In this document: piece by piece, positions 1 through 8,794 of the stretch
Layout: each line of letters opens with the position of its first letter
Position numbering within the stretch: position 1 is the stretch's first letter
DNA from: Thermoplasmata archaeon
Lineage (GTDB): Archaea; Thermoplasmatota; Thermoplasmata; Lutacidiplasmatales; UBA184
NCBI GenBank assembly: GCA_030038895.1
Contig: JASHQX010000030.1
Location: forward strand, 1 to 44,676
DNA: 44,676 nt
Reading direction: 5' to 3'
Translations under genes and position numbers: made by a program
The notes under the pieces: generated by a model
The model's input: the letters and a program-made list of their open reading frames with translations, nothing else
The model's database searches: none
What the model was told of the DNA's origin: nothing

Positions 1-2099
1 ACCGCGACGACCCCCTTACCGGAGGCGCGGACGAGCATCGGGTTGATGTCGAGCTCTTGGATCTCCGGCACTTCGACCGCGAGCTGGGAGATCCGCTGGA
101 GTGCCTCCTCGAGCGCCGGCAGATCGCTCGGAGCCTCGCCCCGGACGCCCTTGAGGATCGCGAACGACCTGACCGACTCAATCATCCTCTGGGCGGAGAG
201 CGGACGGAGGGGGGCGAGGCGGAACGTGACGTCCCGCATCACCTCCACGTAGATCCCGCCAAGGCCGAACACAACAATCGGCCCGAACGTCGGATCCCGC
301 TGAACGCCAATCAGGACCTCCTTGGCCCCGCGAATCTCGGTCTCGATCTCGAACCCGTCGATCCGGGCGGTCGGCGCTCTGGCCGCCAGCGACTGGCGCA
401 TCCGGTCCCAAGCGAGGCGGAGGCCGTTCGCGTCCTCGATCCCTACCGTCACCCCCCCGACGTCGGTCTTATGCGAGATGTCCGGGGACGCCACCTTGAG
501 GACGACCGGGTACCCCATCTCGTGCGCCGCGCTCAAGGCTCCTTCGATCGTCGTGACCCGGGTCACGGTGGGAAAGGGTATCCCGTACGCTGTGAGAAGC
601 GATCGCGCGGCGTACTCGGGCAGCACGGAAGTTCCGGCCGAACGGGCCCACTCGAGGGTCGCGGCCACGGCCGGCTGATCCACCGGGAACACCCGTACCG
701 GCGCCCGCGGCCGGGCCCTCCAGGCGCGGTACCGGGCCAGGCTCCCGAGCCCTTGGACCGCCTCCTCCGGAAAGGTGTACGCGGGGACCCCATGCTCCTC
801 GAGGAACGTGACCTCGTTCGAAAGGTCGGTCAGTCCGAAGAGGCACGCGACGACGGCCTTGTCCGTCCGGGACTTGACGGCGAGGACCGCTTGAGCCATC
901 TCGCGGCCGCTTAAGTGCGCGGCCGTGGTCGCGATGAGGACCCCTCCGTCGACCTCGGGCGATGCGAGCAACGTTGCGAAGATCTCTCGGACCGTCTCCG
1001 GGGGGACTTCGGCCGTCATGTCGAGGGGGTTGGAAACCGTGGCAATCGACGGCAGGCGCGGGGTAAGCGCGGCCCGGACCTCTGGCGCGAGTGGGGGCAG
1101 CTCGAGACCGCTGCGGATCGCCGCGTCGGCCGCGACGATCCCCGGACCGCCGGAGTTCGTGAGGATTGCAACTCGCGGCCCGTCGATCTTCAGGTCGCTC
1201 GAAAAGATCTTCGCCGTGCGGAAAAGATCGGCGAGAGTGTCGGCACGTAGGACCCCGGACTGGGCGAAAAGCGAGTCGAAGAGCTGGTCGCGGCCGGATT
1301 GGGCGAGTGACCCCGTGTGGCTCTTCGCGGCCCGCTCCCCCGCCGGGGTACGGCCGCTCTTGATCACGAGGACCGGTTTCATCTCCGTAACCTCCTGCGC
1401 GGTCTCCAGGAAACGGCGGCCGTTCGCGAGGCTCTCGACGTAGAGGAGGATCACCTTGGTCGAGGGGTCCCGTCCGAGAGCGTAGAGGAGATCGTTCTCA
1501 TCCACGCCGGCGCGATTGCCGACCGAAACGAAGCGGGAGAACCCAATGCGCTGGGCTCTGCCGTAGGCGAGGATGCCCGCGCCGAGCGCCCCGCTCTGTG
1601 AGACGAACGCGATGTTGCCGCGGGGGGGTATTCCCTCCGAGAATGTGGCGTTCAGGCCTACGTCCGGGTGAGTGTTAATGATGCCGAAGCAGTTTGGCCC
1701 CACAATCGACATGTGATACTTCGACGCGCGGCGGACTACGTCTTCCTCGAGCGCCGCGCCGGCCTCGCCCACCTCGCGGAACCCCGCGGTGATGATGACG
1801 AGTCCCTTCGTCCCGACCTTCCCGAGCTGGTCGACTAGGTCCGGCACGGTCGGGGCAGGGACGATCACAACCGCGAGTTCGGGCGCCTCCGGCAGCGATT
1901 CCACGTCCGGGTAGCAACGGACACCGGAGACACTCTTGGCGGACCGATTGACGGGATACGCGACCCCCTGGAAGCCGGCCTCCAGGATGTTTCTGAAGAG
2001 GCTGGTACCCACCTTGCCGGGCTTGTTCGACGCGCCGACCACCGCGATCGAAGATGGGCGAAACAGCTCGTTCAGATCAGAGAGGGTCGTGCTGCTCAT
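1..2099 (-). CDS. ADP-forming acetyl-CoA synthetase (NDP-forming acyl-CoA synthetase), fused alpha/beta; C-terminus runs off the window
   Basis: My translation of the minus strand from ATG 2099 gives MSSTTLSDLNELFRPSSIAVVGASNKPGKVGTSLFRNILE... (CoA-binding N-domain). Further in are ...VSQSGALGAGILAY... and an ATP-grasp C-domain ending ...VPEIQELDINPMLVRASGKGVVAV at position 1. No stop is reached, so it is absent from the ORF track. Confidence 0.85.
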   Translation of the reverse strand, partial: MSSTTLSDLNELFRPSSIAVVGASNKPGKVGTSLFRNILEAGFQGVAYPVNRSAKSVSGVRCYPDVESLPEAPELAVVIVPAPTVPDLVDQLGKVGTKGLVIITAGFREVGEAGAALEEDVVRRASKYHMSIVGPNCFGIINTHPDVGLNATFSEGIPPRGNIAFVSQSGALGAGILAYGRAQRIGFSRFVSVGNRAGVDENDLLYALGRDPSTKVILLYVESLANGRRFLETAQEVTEMKPVLVIKSGRTPAGERAAKSHTGSLAQSGRDQLFDSLFAQSGVLRADTLADLFRTAKIFSSDLKIDGPRVAILTNSGGPGIVAADAAIRSGLELPPLAPEVRAALTPRLPSIATVSNPLDMTAEVPPETVREIFATLLASPEVDGGVLIATTAAHLSGREMAQAVLAVKSRTDKAVVACLFGLTDLSNEVTFLEEHGVPAYTFPEEAVQGLGSLARYRAWRARPRAPVRVFPVDQPAVAATLEWARSAGTSVLPEYAARSLLTAYGIPFPTVTRVTTIEGALSAAHEMGYPVVLKVASPDISHKTDVGGVTVGIEDANGLRLAWDRMRQSLAARAPTARIDGFEIETEIRGAKEVLIGVQRDPTFGPIVVFGLGGIYVEVMRDVTFRLAPLRPLSAQRMIESVRSFAILKGVRGEAPSDLPALEEALQRISQLAVEVPEIQELDINPMLVRASGKGVVA

Positions 2100-2137
2100 C
2101 GAAATTTCACAGGACCGTTTTTTGCACGGGCGGCCCG

Positions 2138-2145
2138 TTATATAG
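2138..2145 (+). promoter_or_regulatory. TATA-like box (TTATATAG) in the acd/mrp divergent intergenic region
   Basis: It is the only AT-rich octamer in the 68-nt gap. It ends 23 nt before ATG 2168, which suggests a leaderless mRNA. Being near-palindromic, it could serve both directions. Confidence 0.4.
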
Positions 2146-2167
2146 CCACACCCCCGTTCGATGTCGA

Positions 2168-3052
2168 ATGAACGCCGAACCAGACCCGTCCGGCAGTGTT
2201 CCGGCGTCGATGCCCCCCTCGTCCGGGGCGTCCCGCTCTCGACCGGCCCCGGCGGGCCGCGGGATCCTCCAGCGAATGGACAAAGGGGGCATCCGCCACG
2301 TCGTCGCGGTCGGGAGCGGTAAGGGCGGGGTCGGAAAGTCCTCCGTCACTGCGCTCCTCGCGGTCGAGCTTCGACGCGAGGGCCACTCGGTGGGGGTCCT
2401 CGACGCGGACGTCACGGGCCCGTCGATCCCGAAGCTTTTCGGTCTTACCGGTCCGCTCCAGGATCGCGGCGAAGGGATCGAGCCGGCGGTCTCCCGCTCC
2501 GGGATATCCGTCGTTTCCTCCCAGTTCATGGTCGAGGACGAGCAGACCCCGGTCATCTGGCGGGGGCCGCTCGTGACCCGCCTCATCACCCAGTTCTTCG
2601 GCGGCGTGAACTGGGGAACCCTCGACTACCTTCTCATCGACATGCCGCCGGGGACCAGCGACGTCCCCCTCACCGTCTTCCAGACGATCCCGATCGACGG
2701 GATGCTGTTCGTCCTGACCCCCCAGGACCTCGCCGCGCTCATCGTGAAGAAGGCGATGAACATGGCCCGCGAGCTCCACGTCCCGCTTCTCGGCGTCATC
2801 GACAACATGGCGTGGATCACGTGTCCCCACTGCTCGACACGAATCGAACTCTTCGGTCCGAGCCACGTCGACCGGGTCGGAGAGGAGTACGGTATCCCCG
2901 TTCTCGGGCACCTCCCCGTCGAACCCTCGATCTCGGCCGAATCCGATGCCGGTGAGATCGAGGGCCATCGGGGCCCCGAGCTCACCCGGCTCGCCGAGGC
3001 CTTCGCCCACGCCGTGGACGAGGCTACGAAGGGCTCGGTCTCGATGCTGTAA
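2168..3052 (+). CDS. mrp: Mrp/NBP35/ApbC-family iron-sulfur cluster carrier ATPase
   Basis: Deviant Walker A motif VAVGSGKGGVGKSSVTALLA, a ParA-like fold and a C-terminal CPHC motif. The track ORF starts at 2054 but would overlap acd, so ATG 2168 is preferred (ATG 2276 is an alternative). Confidence 0.85.
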   Translation: MNAEPDPSGSVPASMPPSSGASRSRPAPAGRGILQRMDKGGIRHVVAVGSGKGGVGKSSVTALLAVELRREGHSVGVLDADVTGPSIPKLFGLTGPLQDRGEGIEPAVSRSGISVVSSQFMVEDEQTPVIWRGPLVTRLITQFFGGVNWGTLDYLLIDMPPGTSDVPLTVFQTIPIDGMLFVLTPQDLAALIVKKAMNMARELHVPLLGVIDNMAWITCPHCSTRIELFGPSHVDRVGEEYGIPVLGHLPVEPSISAESDAGEIEGHRGPELTRLAEAFAHAVDEATKGSVSML

Positions 3053-3740
3053 GTCCCCGAAGCTCTCCGAACGTCACCGTTTCGGTCGGCACGCCCCGGC
3101 GCCCGAGGGCGTTCTTGAGACCGGTCACGTGCGCGTCCCCGACCACGGCAGCCATCCGGCCGTACCCGCGCCCCCGCAGCTGGACGAGACGGTCGGCCAT
3201 GTGCTCGTTCCGGTCATCGATGAGGACGCGCGCGAGGGTCGGGCTGGCCTGGCGGAGCTGTTCGGTGTAGTCCGTGGGGGCAACGACGTATCGATCGATC
3301 TCCCGCTCGACGACCCGGGCGGGGACGAATAGCCCGACGAACGCACCGAAGAGCAGCTGGACCCGCTCCTTGAACGGCATCGTTCGAACGAGGTTCACGA
3401 TCGTCGTTCGGAGCGGATCGTCGATCAGGAACAGGGGAAGGTGACGGTCCCGGGCGATCAAAGCCGCGGCCTTCATCTCCGCCCCCGGGGTTCCTCCTCC
3501 GATCTCCGAGCCCAGCCGACGCTGGATCACGCTCCAGAACCGGACGAAGAGAGGACCTGACCTCCGACGCTCGGGACCCCCCGGCGACCGGAGTAGGGCA
3601 TCGGCCCGTTCAACGTCCAGCTCGACCGCCACCCCGTCGAGCGGTCGCTCCCCGAGCACCCTGCGGAGAGGCTCGGTCAGATCGACCACATGGGCAACCC
3701 CCACGAGGAGGATCGGCGACTCGATCGTACTGACGTACAT
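3024..3740 (-). CDS. TraB/PrgY (GumN-like) family protein
   Basis: ILLVGVAHVVDLTEP...DGVAVELDVERADAL at the N-terminus and IDDRNEHMADRL...AAVVGDAHVTGL at the C-terminus are the TraB family hallmarks. There is a 29-nt convergent overlap with mrp. Confidence 0.7.
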   Translation of the reverse strand: MYVSTIESPILLVGVAHVVDLTEPLRRVLGERPLDGVAVELDVERADALLRSPGGPERRRSGPLFVRFWSVIQRRLGSEIGGGTPGAEMKAAALIARDRHLPLFLIDDPLRTTIVNLVRTMPFKERVQLLFGAFVGLFVPARVVEREIDRYVVAPTDYTEQLRQASPTLARVLIDDRNEHMADRLVQLRGRGYGRMAAVVGDAHVTGLKNALGRRGVPTETVTFGELRGLTASRPSPS

Positions 3741-3783
3741 GGTGCGGAGGGCCGGGGGCCGACTAGACTACCCGGAGCAACAC

Positions 3784-3790
3784 CATATAG
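3784..3790 (+). promoter_or_regulatory. TATA-like box (CATATAG)
   Basis: It ends 23 nt upstream of ATG 3813, the same geometry as at 2138. Confidence 0.35.
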
Positions 3791-3812
3791 ACGAACGGGG
3801 TCGCCCGGCCGC

Positions 3813-4115
3813 ATGACGTACATCCTCTTTTCGGTCGGTACGGCGAAACGCACCGAGCTCGATGCGGTTCTGAAGGACGACCTCGTCTCCCGCCAGAGCC
3901 AGAAGGTCCGCGAGGCAAGCGCGATGGGGGGACCGTCGGACACACTCTACGTCCTCATCGAGGGGTCCGAGGCCGCGGTGCGCCGGGCCGAGGAGCTCCT
4001 CACCCCGGTGGGGACGCGACTCCCCGCCTCGGAGGGGGAGGCGCTCTATCGCCGGTTCAAGGACGAGGACGAGGCGGCGTCGGCCGGGATGGGGCTGTTC
4101 TTCACCGAGGGGTGA
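3813..4115 (+). CDS. Small (100 aa) hypothetical protein with an acidic C-terminus followed by a hydrophobic tail
   Basis: MTYILFSVGTAKRTELDAVLKDD...YRRFKDEDEAASAGMGLFFTEG. The internal ATG at 3813 is chosen because the longer ORF (3690) overlaps the traB start and lies upstream of the TATA-like box. Third codon positions are GC-rich. Confidence 0.5.
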   Translation: MTYILFSVGTAKRTELDAVLKDDLVSRQSQKVREASAMGGPSDTLYVLIEGSEAAVRRAEELLTPVGTRLPASEGEALYRRFKDEDEAASAGMGLFFTEG

Positions 4116-4118
4116 AGG

Positions 4119-4910
4119 TCACTCGTTCGTCGGGGCGTGCGACGGCTCGAGGTCCTCCGCCCCTCCGAAGACCCGTTGACAGGACTGGTAGAGCGGCTCG
4201 AGACCGGTCCCCTCCTTTGCCGAGGTCGGCAGGAGACCGACCAGCGGGCCCATCGCCTCGATCGCGCGGAAGAGCTCCGTCGAGAGCTGCACGTCGGGCG
4301 TGGGGGATTCGCTCGTGACGGCATCGTAGAGCCGTCCGGGCTCGTCCGACCAACCGAGCACCTCGGTGAGCTGTTCGGGCGAGAGTGCGTCCGACTTCGC
4401 CAGGAGGTTGACGAGCGGAAGCCGAAATCGGAACTCGAGCGTCGCGCTGAGCATCACAAGGGAGACGAACCCGCCGGGAGTCCGGGCGAGGGACGGATCG
4501 AACAAGAACGCGAGGACCGACCGGTCGCCGCTCAGCGCGTCGACGATCGCCTTCGACGCCTCGCGGAAGGCGAACAGCTCGATCTGGCCTGGGGTGTCGA
4601 CCAGCACGTAGTCCGCCTTCAGCTCCTGGACCGCCTGCTTGACCTCGAAGATCTTGAGGGCGATCATGTCGGCGGCGGCGACCTGCGCCCCGTTGGGTCC
4701 GAGGCCGTACTCCTCCTCGATATCGGCGAGGCGGACCCATTCCCGGATATCGACGTCGATTCCCTCGGCCTCCGATTCCGTCCCGGGGTCGAGGTTGACG
4801 ACCGTCGCGTCGTACCCGGAGGAGCGGACCCATTCGGCAAAGGAACGGCACAGGCTCGTCTTTCCCGCGCCGGCGGTCCCAGTGAAGTAGACGGTCCCCG
4901 GCTCCTCCAT
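4119..4910 (-). CDS. GPN-loop GTPase
   Basis: P-loop FTGTAGAGKTS, GPN motif (YGLGPNGAQV) and LVDTPGQIELF. Confidence 0.85.
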   Translation of the reverse strand: MEEPGTVYFTGTAGAGKTSLCRSFAEWVRSSGYDATVVNLDPGTESEAEGIDVDIREWVRLADIEEEYGLGPNGAQVAAADMIALKIFEVKQAVQELKADYVLVDTPGQIELFAFREASKAIVDALSGDRSVLAFLFDPSLARTPGGFVSLVMLSATLEFRFRLPLVNLLAKSDALSPEQLTEVLGWSDEPGRLYDAVTSESPTPDVQLSTELFRAIEAMGPLVGLLPTSAKEGTGLEPLYQSCQRVFGGAEDLEPSHAPTNE

Positions 4911-5210
4911 CTACCGGGCCCCTGCGGCCGGCCGCCGCGCGTGGAGTTCGGCGCTCAGCTGGTGGAGGAAGCGGGCTTTCGTCGTCCCCGCGCGCTTCGT
5001 CACCTTGACACGTCCGGCGTAGGCCCCGGCGTCCCGGGGGTAGTTCTTGTCGGTCTCGACGACCGCAGTGTAACCGAGTCTTCGCGCGGCTTGGACGATT
5101 TCCTCCGCGGAGAGGTCGGCGACCGATTCCTCGGCCCCGACCCGTCGGCCCGCGGCGCGGGAGCGGCCCCGGCCGAGGTAGGCGGGGTAAACGTAGAAAT
5201 GATCGGGCAT
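4911..5210 (-). CDS. srp19: Signal recognition particle protein SRP19
   Basis: YPAYLGRGRSRAAGRRV...AEEIVQAARRLG...NYPRD...GRVKV matches the SRP19 pattern. Its stop abuts the ATG of the GPN gene (TAGATG). Confidence 0.8.
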   Translation of the reverse strand: MPDHFYVYPAYLGRGRSRAAGRRVGAEESVADLSAEEIVQAARRLGYTAVVETDKNYPRDAGAYAGRVKVTKRAGTTKARFLHQLSAELHARRPAAGAR

Positions 5211-5229
5211 CGGCGGAGCCGGCCCGGGC

Positions 5230-5634
5230 CTATGCGGCGGGGGCCGCGGGGGTCGCGGGGAGCCGGACCCCGTTCAGGACTCCGTCCTGGCCCGGTCGCG
5301 AGCGAACCTTGACGAGGCCGATGTCGGTCTCGAGAATCGCGCCCTTGGTGATGATGTTCCGCTGGACGTAGTTCGGGTTCGCCGGATTCTCCCGCACGGT
5401 GACGATCTTCGCCCGCTGCATCTGGTGGGTGGCGGGGTCGAAGACGTTGATCGTCTGGACGGTCAGGATGCGCAGCTTGAGGTTCGCTCCCCGAACCCGG
5501 TACTTCTTGACGGTCCCAGCTCCGATCGTCGCGGGCTGGAGCTCGCGGGCGATCTCGAAGCGGCGCTTCTTGCGGATTGGTCGCAGCCGGCCACCCGTGC
5601 GCTTGCGGCGGGGCCGACCTTGCCAGATTCCCAT
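5230..5634 (-). CDS. rps8e: 30S ribosomal protein S8e
   Basis: MGIWQGRPRRKRTGGR...ENPANPNYVQRNIITKGAILETDIG...SRPGQDGVLNGV. The internal ATG at 5634 was chosen; the track ORF extends to 5820 as an Arg-rich artefact. Confidence 0.9.
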   Translation of the reverse strand: MGIWQGRPRRKRTGGRLRPIRKKRRFEIARELQPATIGAGTVKKYRVRGANLKLRILTVQTINVFDPATHQMQRAKIVTVRENPANPNYVQRNIITKGAILETDIGLVKVRSRPGQDGVLNGVRLPATPAAPAA

Positions 5635-5669
5635 GGGGTTCCTCGGAGGTGCGGTGCGAGCGAGGTAGC

Positions 5670-5684
5670 GTATTTGAGTTTTTA
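5670..5684 (-). promoter_or_regulatory. A/T-rich TATA-like region upstream of rps8e
   Basis: The minus strand reads TAAAAACTCAAATAC, 36-50 nt upstream of ATG 5634. A GAGG lies 8 nt before the ATG. Confidence 0.3.
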
Positions 5685-6794
5685 CGGCACCGGTCCCGCG
5701 TCGGTCGGACGGACCCTGAGGACGGTCTTCACCCCACCTCGCCTCGGGCTTCCGAACACCTCCGGCGCGGCGTCGAGGGGGAGCCGCGAAGTAATCATCG
5801 ATTCGAGCGCGCCTGGCCACCGCTCCTCGGCGACCGTCATATCCCGTAGGCCGGACTCGAAGTAGGTGCGGTTGGCGTTGACCGATCCCACGATCGCCTG
5901 GTTCCCCAGCACGATATCGCGAAAGAGCTGACCACCGGGGACCGTCGCGGGGGGCTCCCGCTCGTCGGGAATGCCGGTCAGGACGATGACGCCGTTTGGC
6001 CCGAGATGGTCGATGAGAGAGAAGTCCGCTGAGACCGAGCCAGTCGCCTCGATCACGAGGTCGAAACGGGCGCCGTCGAGCGCGTCAAACCCCGTAGCGA
6101 CGTTCACGTGTCGAGCGCCCAGGCGGGCGAGTAGCGGGACGCCCGGGGTGTCGCCGCCGTGCCGGTCGATCGCCGCGACGCGGTAGCCCCGCATCGCGAG
6201 GACGAGCGCAGCGAGCATACCGATCGCCCCGGTGCCGGCGATCAGCGCGGACGGAGCCTCCGTCCGAGGGTGGCCAGGGGTCGGCTCCTTACGGTCCAGC
6301 ACCCGCTGACCCTGGAAGATCGCCTTCTCTACGACGCTCATCGGTTCGAGCAGGACCGCGACCGAGCGAAGCGGGCGCGGCACCTTAACCAGGTACTCGG
6401 GCGACTCGACGTACTCCTCCGTCATGTAACCGTGCGCGCCGTTGATCCCGCACTCGGTGAACCCGCCGGTCTCACAGAAGTCCGATCGGTTGGCGGAGCA
6501 GAACCGGCATCGACCGCATCCCCTTCGTACGGTGGCTACCACTAGGTCGCCAGGTACGAACCCCGCCGTCGAGGGATCGACCGCATGCACCACGCCGAGG
6601 TTCTCGTGACCCAGGATCAGGAACGGTGAGCCTTCCGGTGGTTTTCCGTACTTCCCGTTCACGATGTCGCGGTCCGTGCCGCATACGCCGCATTCGAGCA
6701 CCGTGACCCGGACCGGGCCCGCGGCCCGGGACGGGGCCGGACAATCGATGAGCTCCACCCCCGGCTTCGGCGGACGCACGACGATCGCGCGCAC
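5682..6794 (-). CDS. gdh: Glucose 1-dehydrogenase (archaeal zinc MDR family)
   Basis: (M)RAIVV...GVCGTDRDIVNGKYG...FLILGHENLGVV...VRRGCGRCRFCSANRSDFC...LLEPMSVVEKA...GGVKTVLRV resembles Thermoplasma/Sulfolobus glucose dehydrogenases. GTG start. Confidence 0.7.
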   Translation of the reverse strand: MRAIVVRPPKPGVELIDCPAPSRAAGPVRVTVLECGVCGTDRDIVNGKYGKPPEGSPFLILGHENLGVVHAVDPSTAGFVPGDLVVATVRRGCGRCRFCSANRSDFCETGGFTECGINGAHGYMTEEYVESPEYLVKVPRPLRSVAVLLEPMSVVEKAIFQGQRVLDRKEPTPGHPRTEAPSALIAGTGAIGMLAALVLAMRGYRVAAIDRHGGDTPGVPLLARLGARHVNVATGFDALDGARFDLVIEATGSVSADFSLIDHLGPNGVIVLTGIPDEREPPATVPGGQLFRDIVLGNQAIVGSVNANRTYFESGLRDMTVAEERWPGALESMITSRLPLDAAPEVFGSPRRGGVKTVLRVRPTDAGPVP

Positions 6795-6797
6795 GGC

Positions 6798-7697
6798 TCA
6801 CCGGACTAGGAAGGGAGCAAGCCGCTCTCGGATTCTCGAGAGCCGTTCCCGCACCCCCGCGGCTTCCCCTGGGGTGAGGGGATCATACGGCGCGCGATAG
6901 CCGACCTCCGCCCCGCGAAGTTCCGCGGCGAGGAACTTCATGTTTGAAGGGAACGGAGCCGCGCGTCCAACCTCCACCAGGGCGTTGACGATGGCCTGGC
7001 ATTCGGCCGCCCGCGGGCGGTCCCCTGCCCGGGCCGCCGCAACGAGCTCGATGCAGAGCCGAGGCACGATGTTCGCGATGCCCATCACCGCCCCCGCAGC
7101 GCCGCGGGCGATCGCGTCGCTCGCAAACGCGTCATCGCCGGGAAAGACCGGGAAGCCTCCAGGGGCCCCGGTCAGAAATGATTCGACGCTCGCGAGCGAT
7201 CCCGAGGTGTCCTTCAACCCTGCGAGGATGTGGTCGCGGGCGAGGGCGTGGACGAACGCGGAAGGAAGGGCGTAGCCGACCAGCGACGGGATGTTGTACG
7301 CCAGCAGGGGAATCTCGACCGAACCGTGCAGGGCGTGGTAGTACCGTTCGACCGAGGGCAGCGCCGGATGGAGGTAGAACGGCGGGACCGCCACCACCGC
7401 AGCCGCCCCCGCCCCTTCCGCCGACTCGGCGTACGCGACCGCCTGATGGGTCGAAGGGGCGCCGCACCCCACCCACACATCGGTCGAACCCACGACGCTC
7501 CCGACCACGACGTCGATCAGACGCTCCCGTTCCTCGTCGGTCACCGAGGGGAACTCCCCCAGCGACCCGAGGACAAAGACGTGGTCGACCTTGGCATCCG
7601 CCAACCCACGGGCGAACTTCGCGTTACGGCCGAGGTCGAGCGAACCGTCGTCGGAGAAGAGGGTGGGGACCGGTACCACGAGCCCATCAAGCGTCAT
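6798..7697 (-). CDS. kdgA: DHDPS/NAL-family aldolase, probably 2-keto-3-deoxygluconate aldolase
   Basis: MTLDGLVVPVPTLF...VFVLGSLGEFPS...Schiff-base lysine context GLKDTSG. It lies 3 nt upstream of gdh. The track ORF (to 8369) carries a spurious 224-aa extension antisense to rnhB. Confidence 0.6.
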   Translation of the reverse strand: MTLDGLVVPVPTLFSDDGSLDLGRNAKFARGLADAKVDHVFVLGSLGEFPSVTDEERERLIDVVVGSVVGSTDVWVGCGAPSTHQAVAYAESAEGAGAAAVVAVPPFYLHPALPSVERYYHALHGSVEIPLLAYNIPSLVGYALPSAFVHALARDHILAGLKDTSGSLASVESFLTGAPGGFPVFPGDDAFASDAIARGAAGAVMGIANIVPRLCIELVAAARAGDRPRAAECQAIVNALVEVGRAAPFPSNMKFLAAELRGAEVGYRAPYDPLTPGEAAGVRERLSRIRERLAPFLVR

Positions 7698-7760
7698 GAA
7701 AGGGGCCAGCGGCGGCGGGGTTAAAGAAGGGAGCCGCGGTATGTACGAAAGAGGAGCCCG

Positions 7761-8420
7761 GTGGAGCGGATCCTTGGCCTCGACGAAGCGGGGCGCGGCA
7801 GCGTCGTGGGACCCCTCGTGGTGGGTGGATTCCTCGTGGACCGAGAGCGGATTGACCGGCTCGTCGCAGCGGGGGCCAGGGATTCGAAGGCGCTCGACCC
7901 GGAAGAGCGAGAGCGTATCTTCCTCGAACTGCCGTCGGTCGGGGAGTGCGATGTGATCGTCCTGTGCCCCCGCGAAATCGATCAGTACGTCGCGATCGGG
8001 AAGCTCAACGAGCTCGAGGCCCGAGCGTTCGGAACGCTGGTCGCCCGTTTCGCTCCGGACGAGGTCCACGCGGACGCCTGCGATGCCGATCCCCGTCACT
8101 TCGCCCGCTCTATCGCTCGCTGGGCACGAGCAGGGTGCCGGATCGTTTCGCGCCACCACGCCGACCGCGACGACCCGGTCGTCGGCGCAGCGTCGATCGT
8201 CGCGAAAGTCCGGCGCGACCGGGCGATCGCGCGTCTCCGCCGCCAGTTGGGGGAGGACATCGGCAGCGGCTACCCTTCCGACCCCCGCACGATCGGGTTC
8301 CTTCGGGTCCGGCTCTCCGCGGAGCCTCGGATCCCGGGGTGGGTGCGGGCGTCCTGGGCCACCATGCAAAGGGTTATGCCTCCGCGTCCGGCTCGCACGC
8401 TGGACGAGTTCGATTCATGA
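7761..8420 (+). CDS. rnhB: Ribonuclease HII
   Basis: (M)ERILGLDEAGRGSVVGPLVVGGF... GTG start, preceded by GAGGAG at 5 nt. Confidence 0.9.
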   Translation: MERILGLDEAGRGSVVGPLVVGGFLVDRERIDRLVAAGARDSKALDPEERERIFLELPSVGECDVIVLCPREIDQYVAIGKLNELEARAFGTLVARFAPDEVHADACDADPRHFARSIARWARAGCRIVSRHHADRDDPVVGAASIVAKVRRDRAIARLRRQLGEDIGSGYPSDPRTIGFLRVRLSAEPRIPGWVRASWATMQRVMPPRPARTLDEFDS

Positions 8421-8752
8421 CCGTCGAGGATGCCCTCGCCGCGGTGGTCGACCGGTTCAACCGCCACATCACGCGCAACCGGGCGACCGCGGAGGAGCTG
8501 GACGGGCTCGAGCGCACGATCCAGATCTGCCTCACCGACGGTGGGAGCTACGCGGTCGATCTCAGCGGCGGGCGACTCACGAACCTACGGAGCGGCGCCG
8601 CCAAGAGCCCCGACGTGACGATTACCACCGACACGGCGACGTTTCACGGGCTCGTCAAGAAGGACATCGGCCCGATGAAAGCACTCGTCACCCGACGGCT
8701 CTCGATCGAAGGGAGCCTTGAGGATAAGCTGCTCTTCCGAAAGCTGCTCTGA
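8417..8752 (+). CDS. SCP2 (sterol carrier protein 2-like) domain protein
   Basis: MTVEDALAAVVDRFN...TITTDTATFHGLVKKDIGPMKALVTRRLSIEGSLEDKLLFRKLL. Its ATG overlaps the rnhB stop (ATGA). Confidence 0.7.
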   Translation: MTVEDALAAVVDRFNRHITRNRATAEELDGLERTIQICLTDGGSYAVDLSGGRLTNLRSGAAKSPDVTITTDTATFHGLVKKDIGPMKALVTRRLSIEGSLEDKLLFRKLL

Positions 8753-8794
8753 CGTGCGGCATCGGTTCGCTTGAGCCGGCGTCGCCGGCGTGTC

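Noticed and set aside
57-1443. Several + strand ORFs (57..914, 322..678, 925..1443).
   Set aside because: They all lie opposite to, or out of frame with, the continuous acetyl-CoA synthetase (ADP-forming) reading frame on the minus strand.
4137-5312. A 391-aa + strand ORF.
   Set aside because: It is antisense to the GPN GTPase and SRP19 genes and has no motifs.
7698-8369. The N-terminal 224 codons of the 523-aa track ORF 6798..8369.
   Set aside because: Aldolase homology begins at MTLDG (ATG 7697). The upstream part is Arg/Pro-rich and antisense to rnhB.
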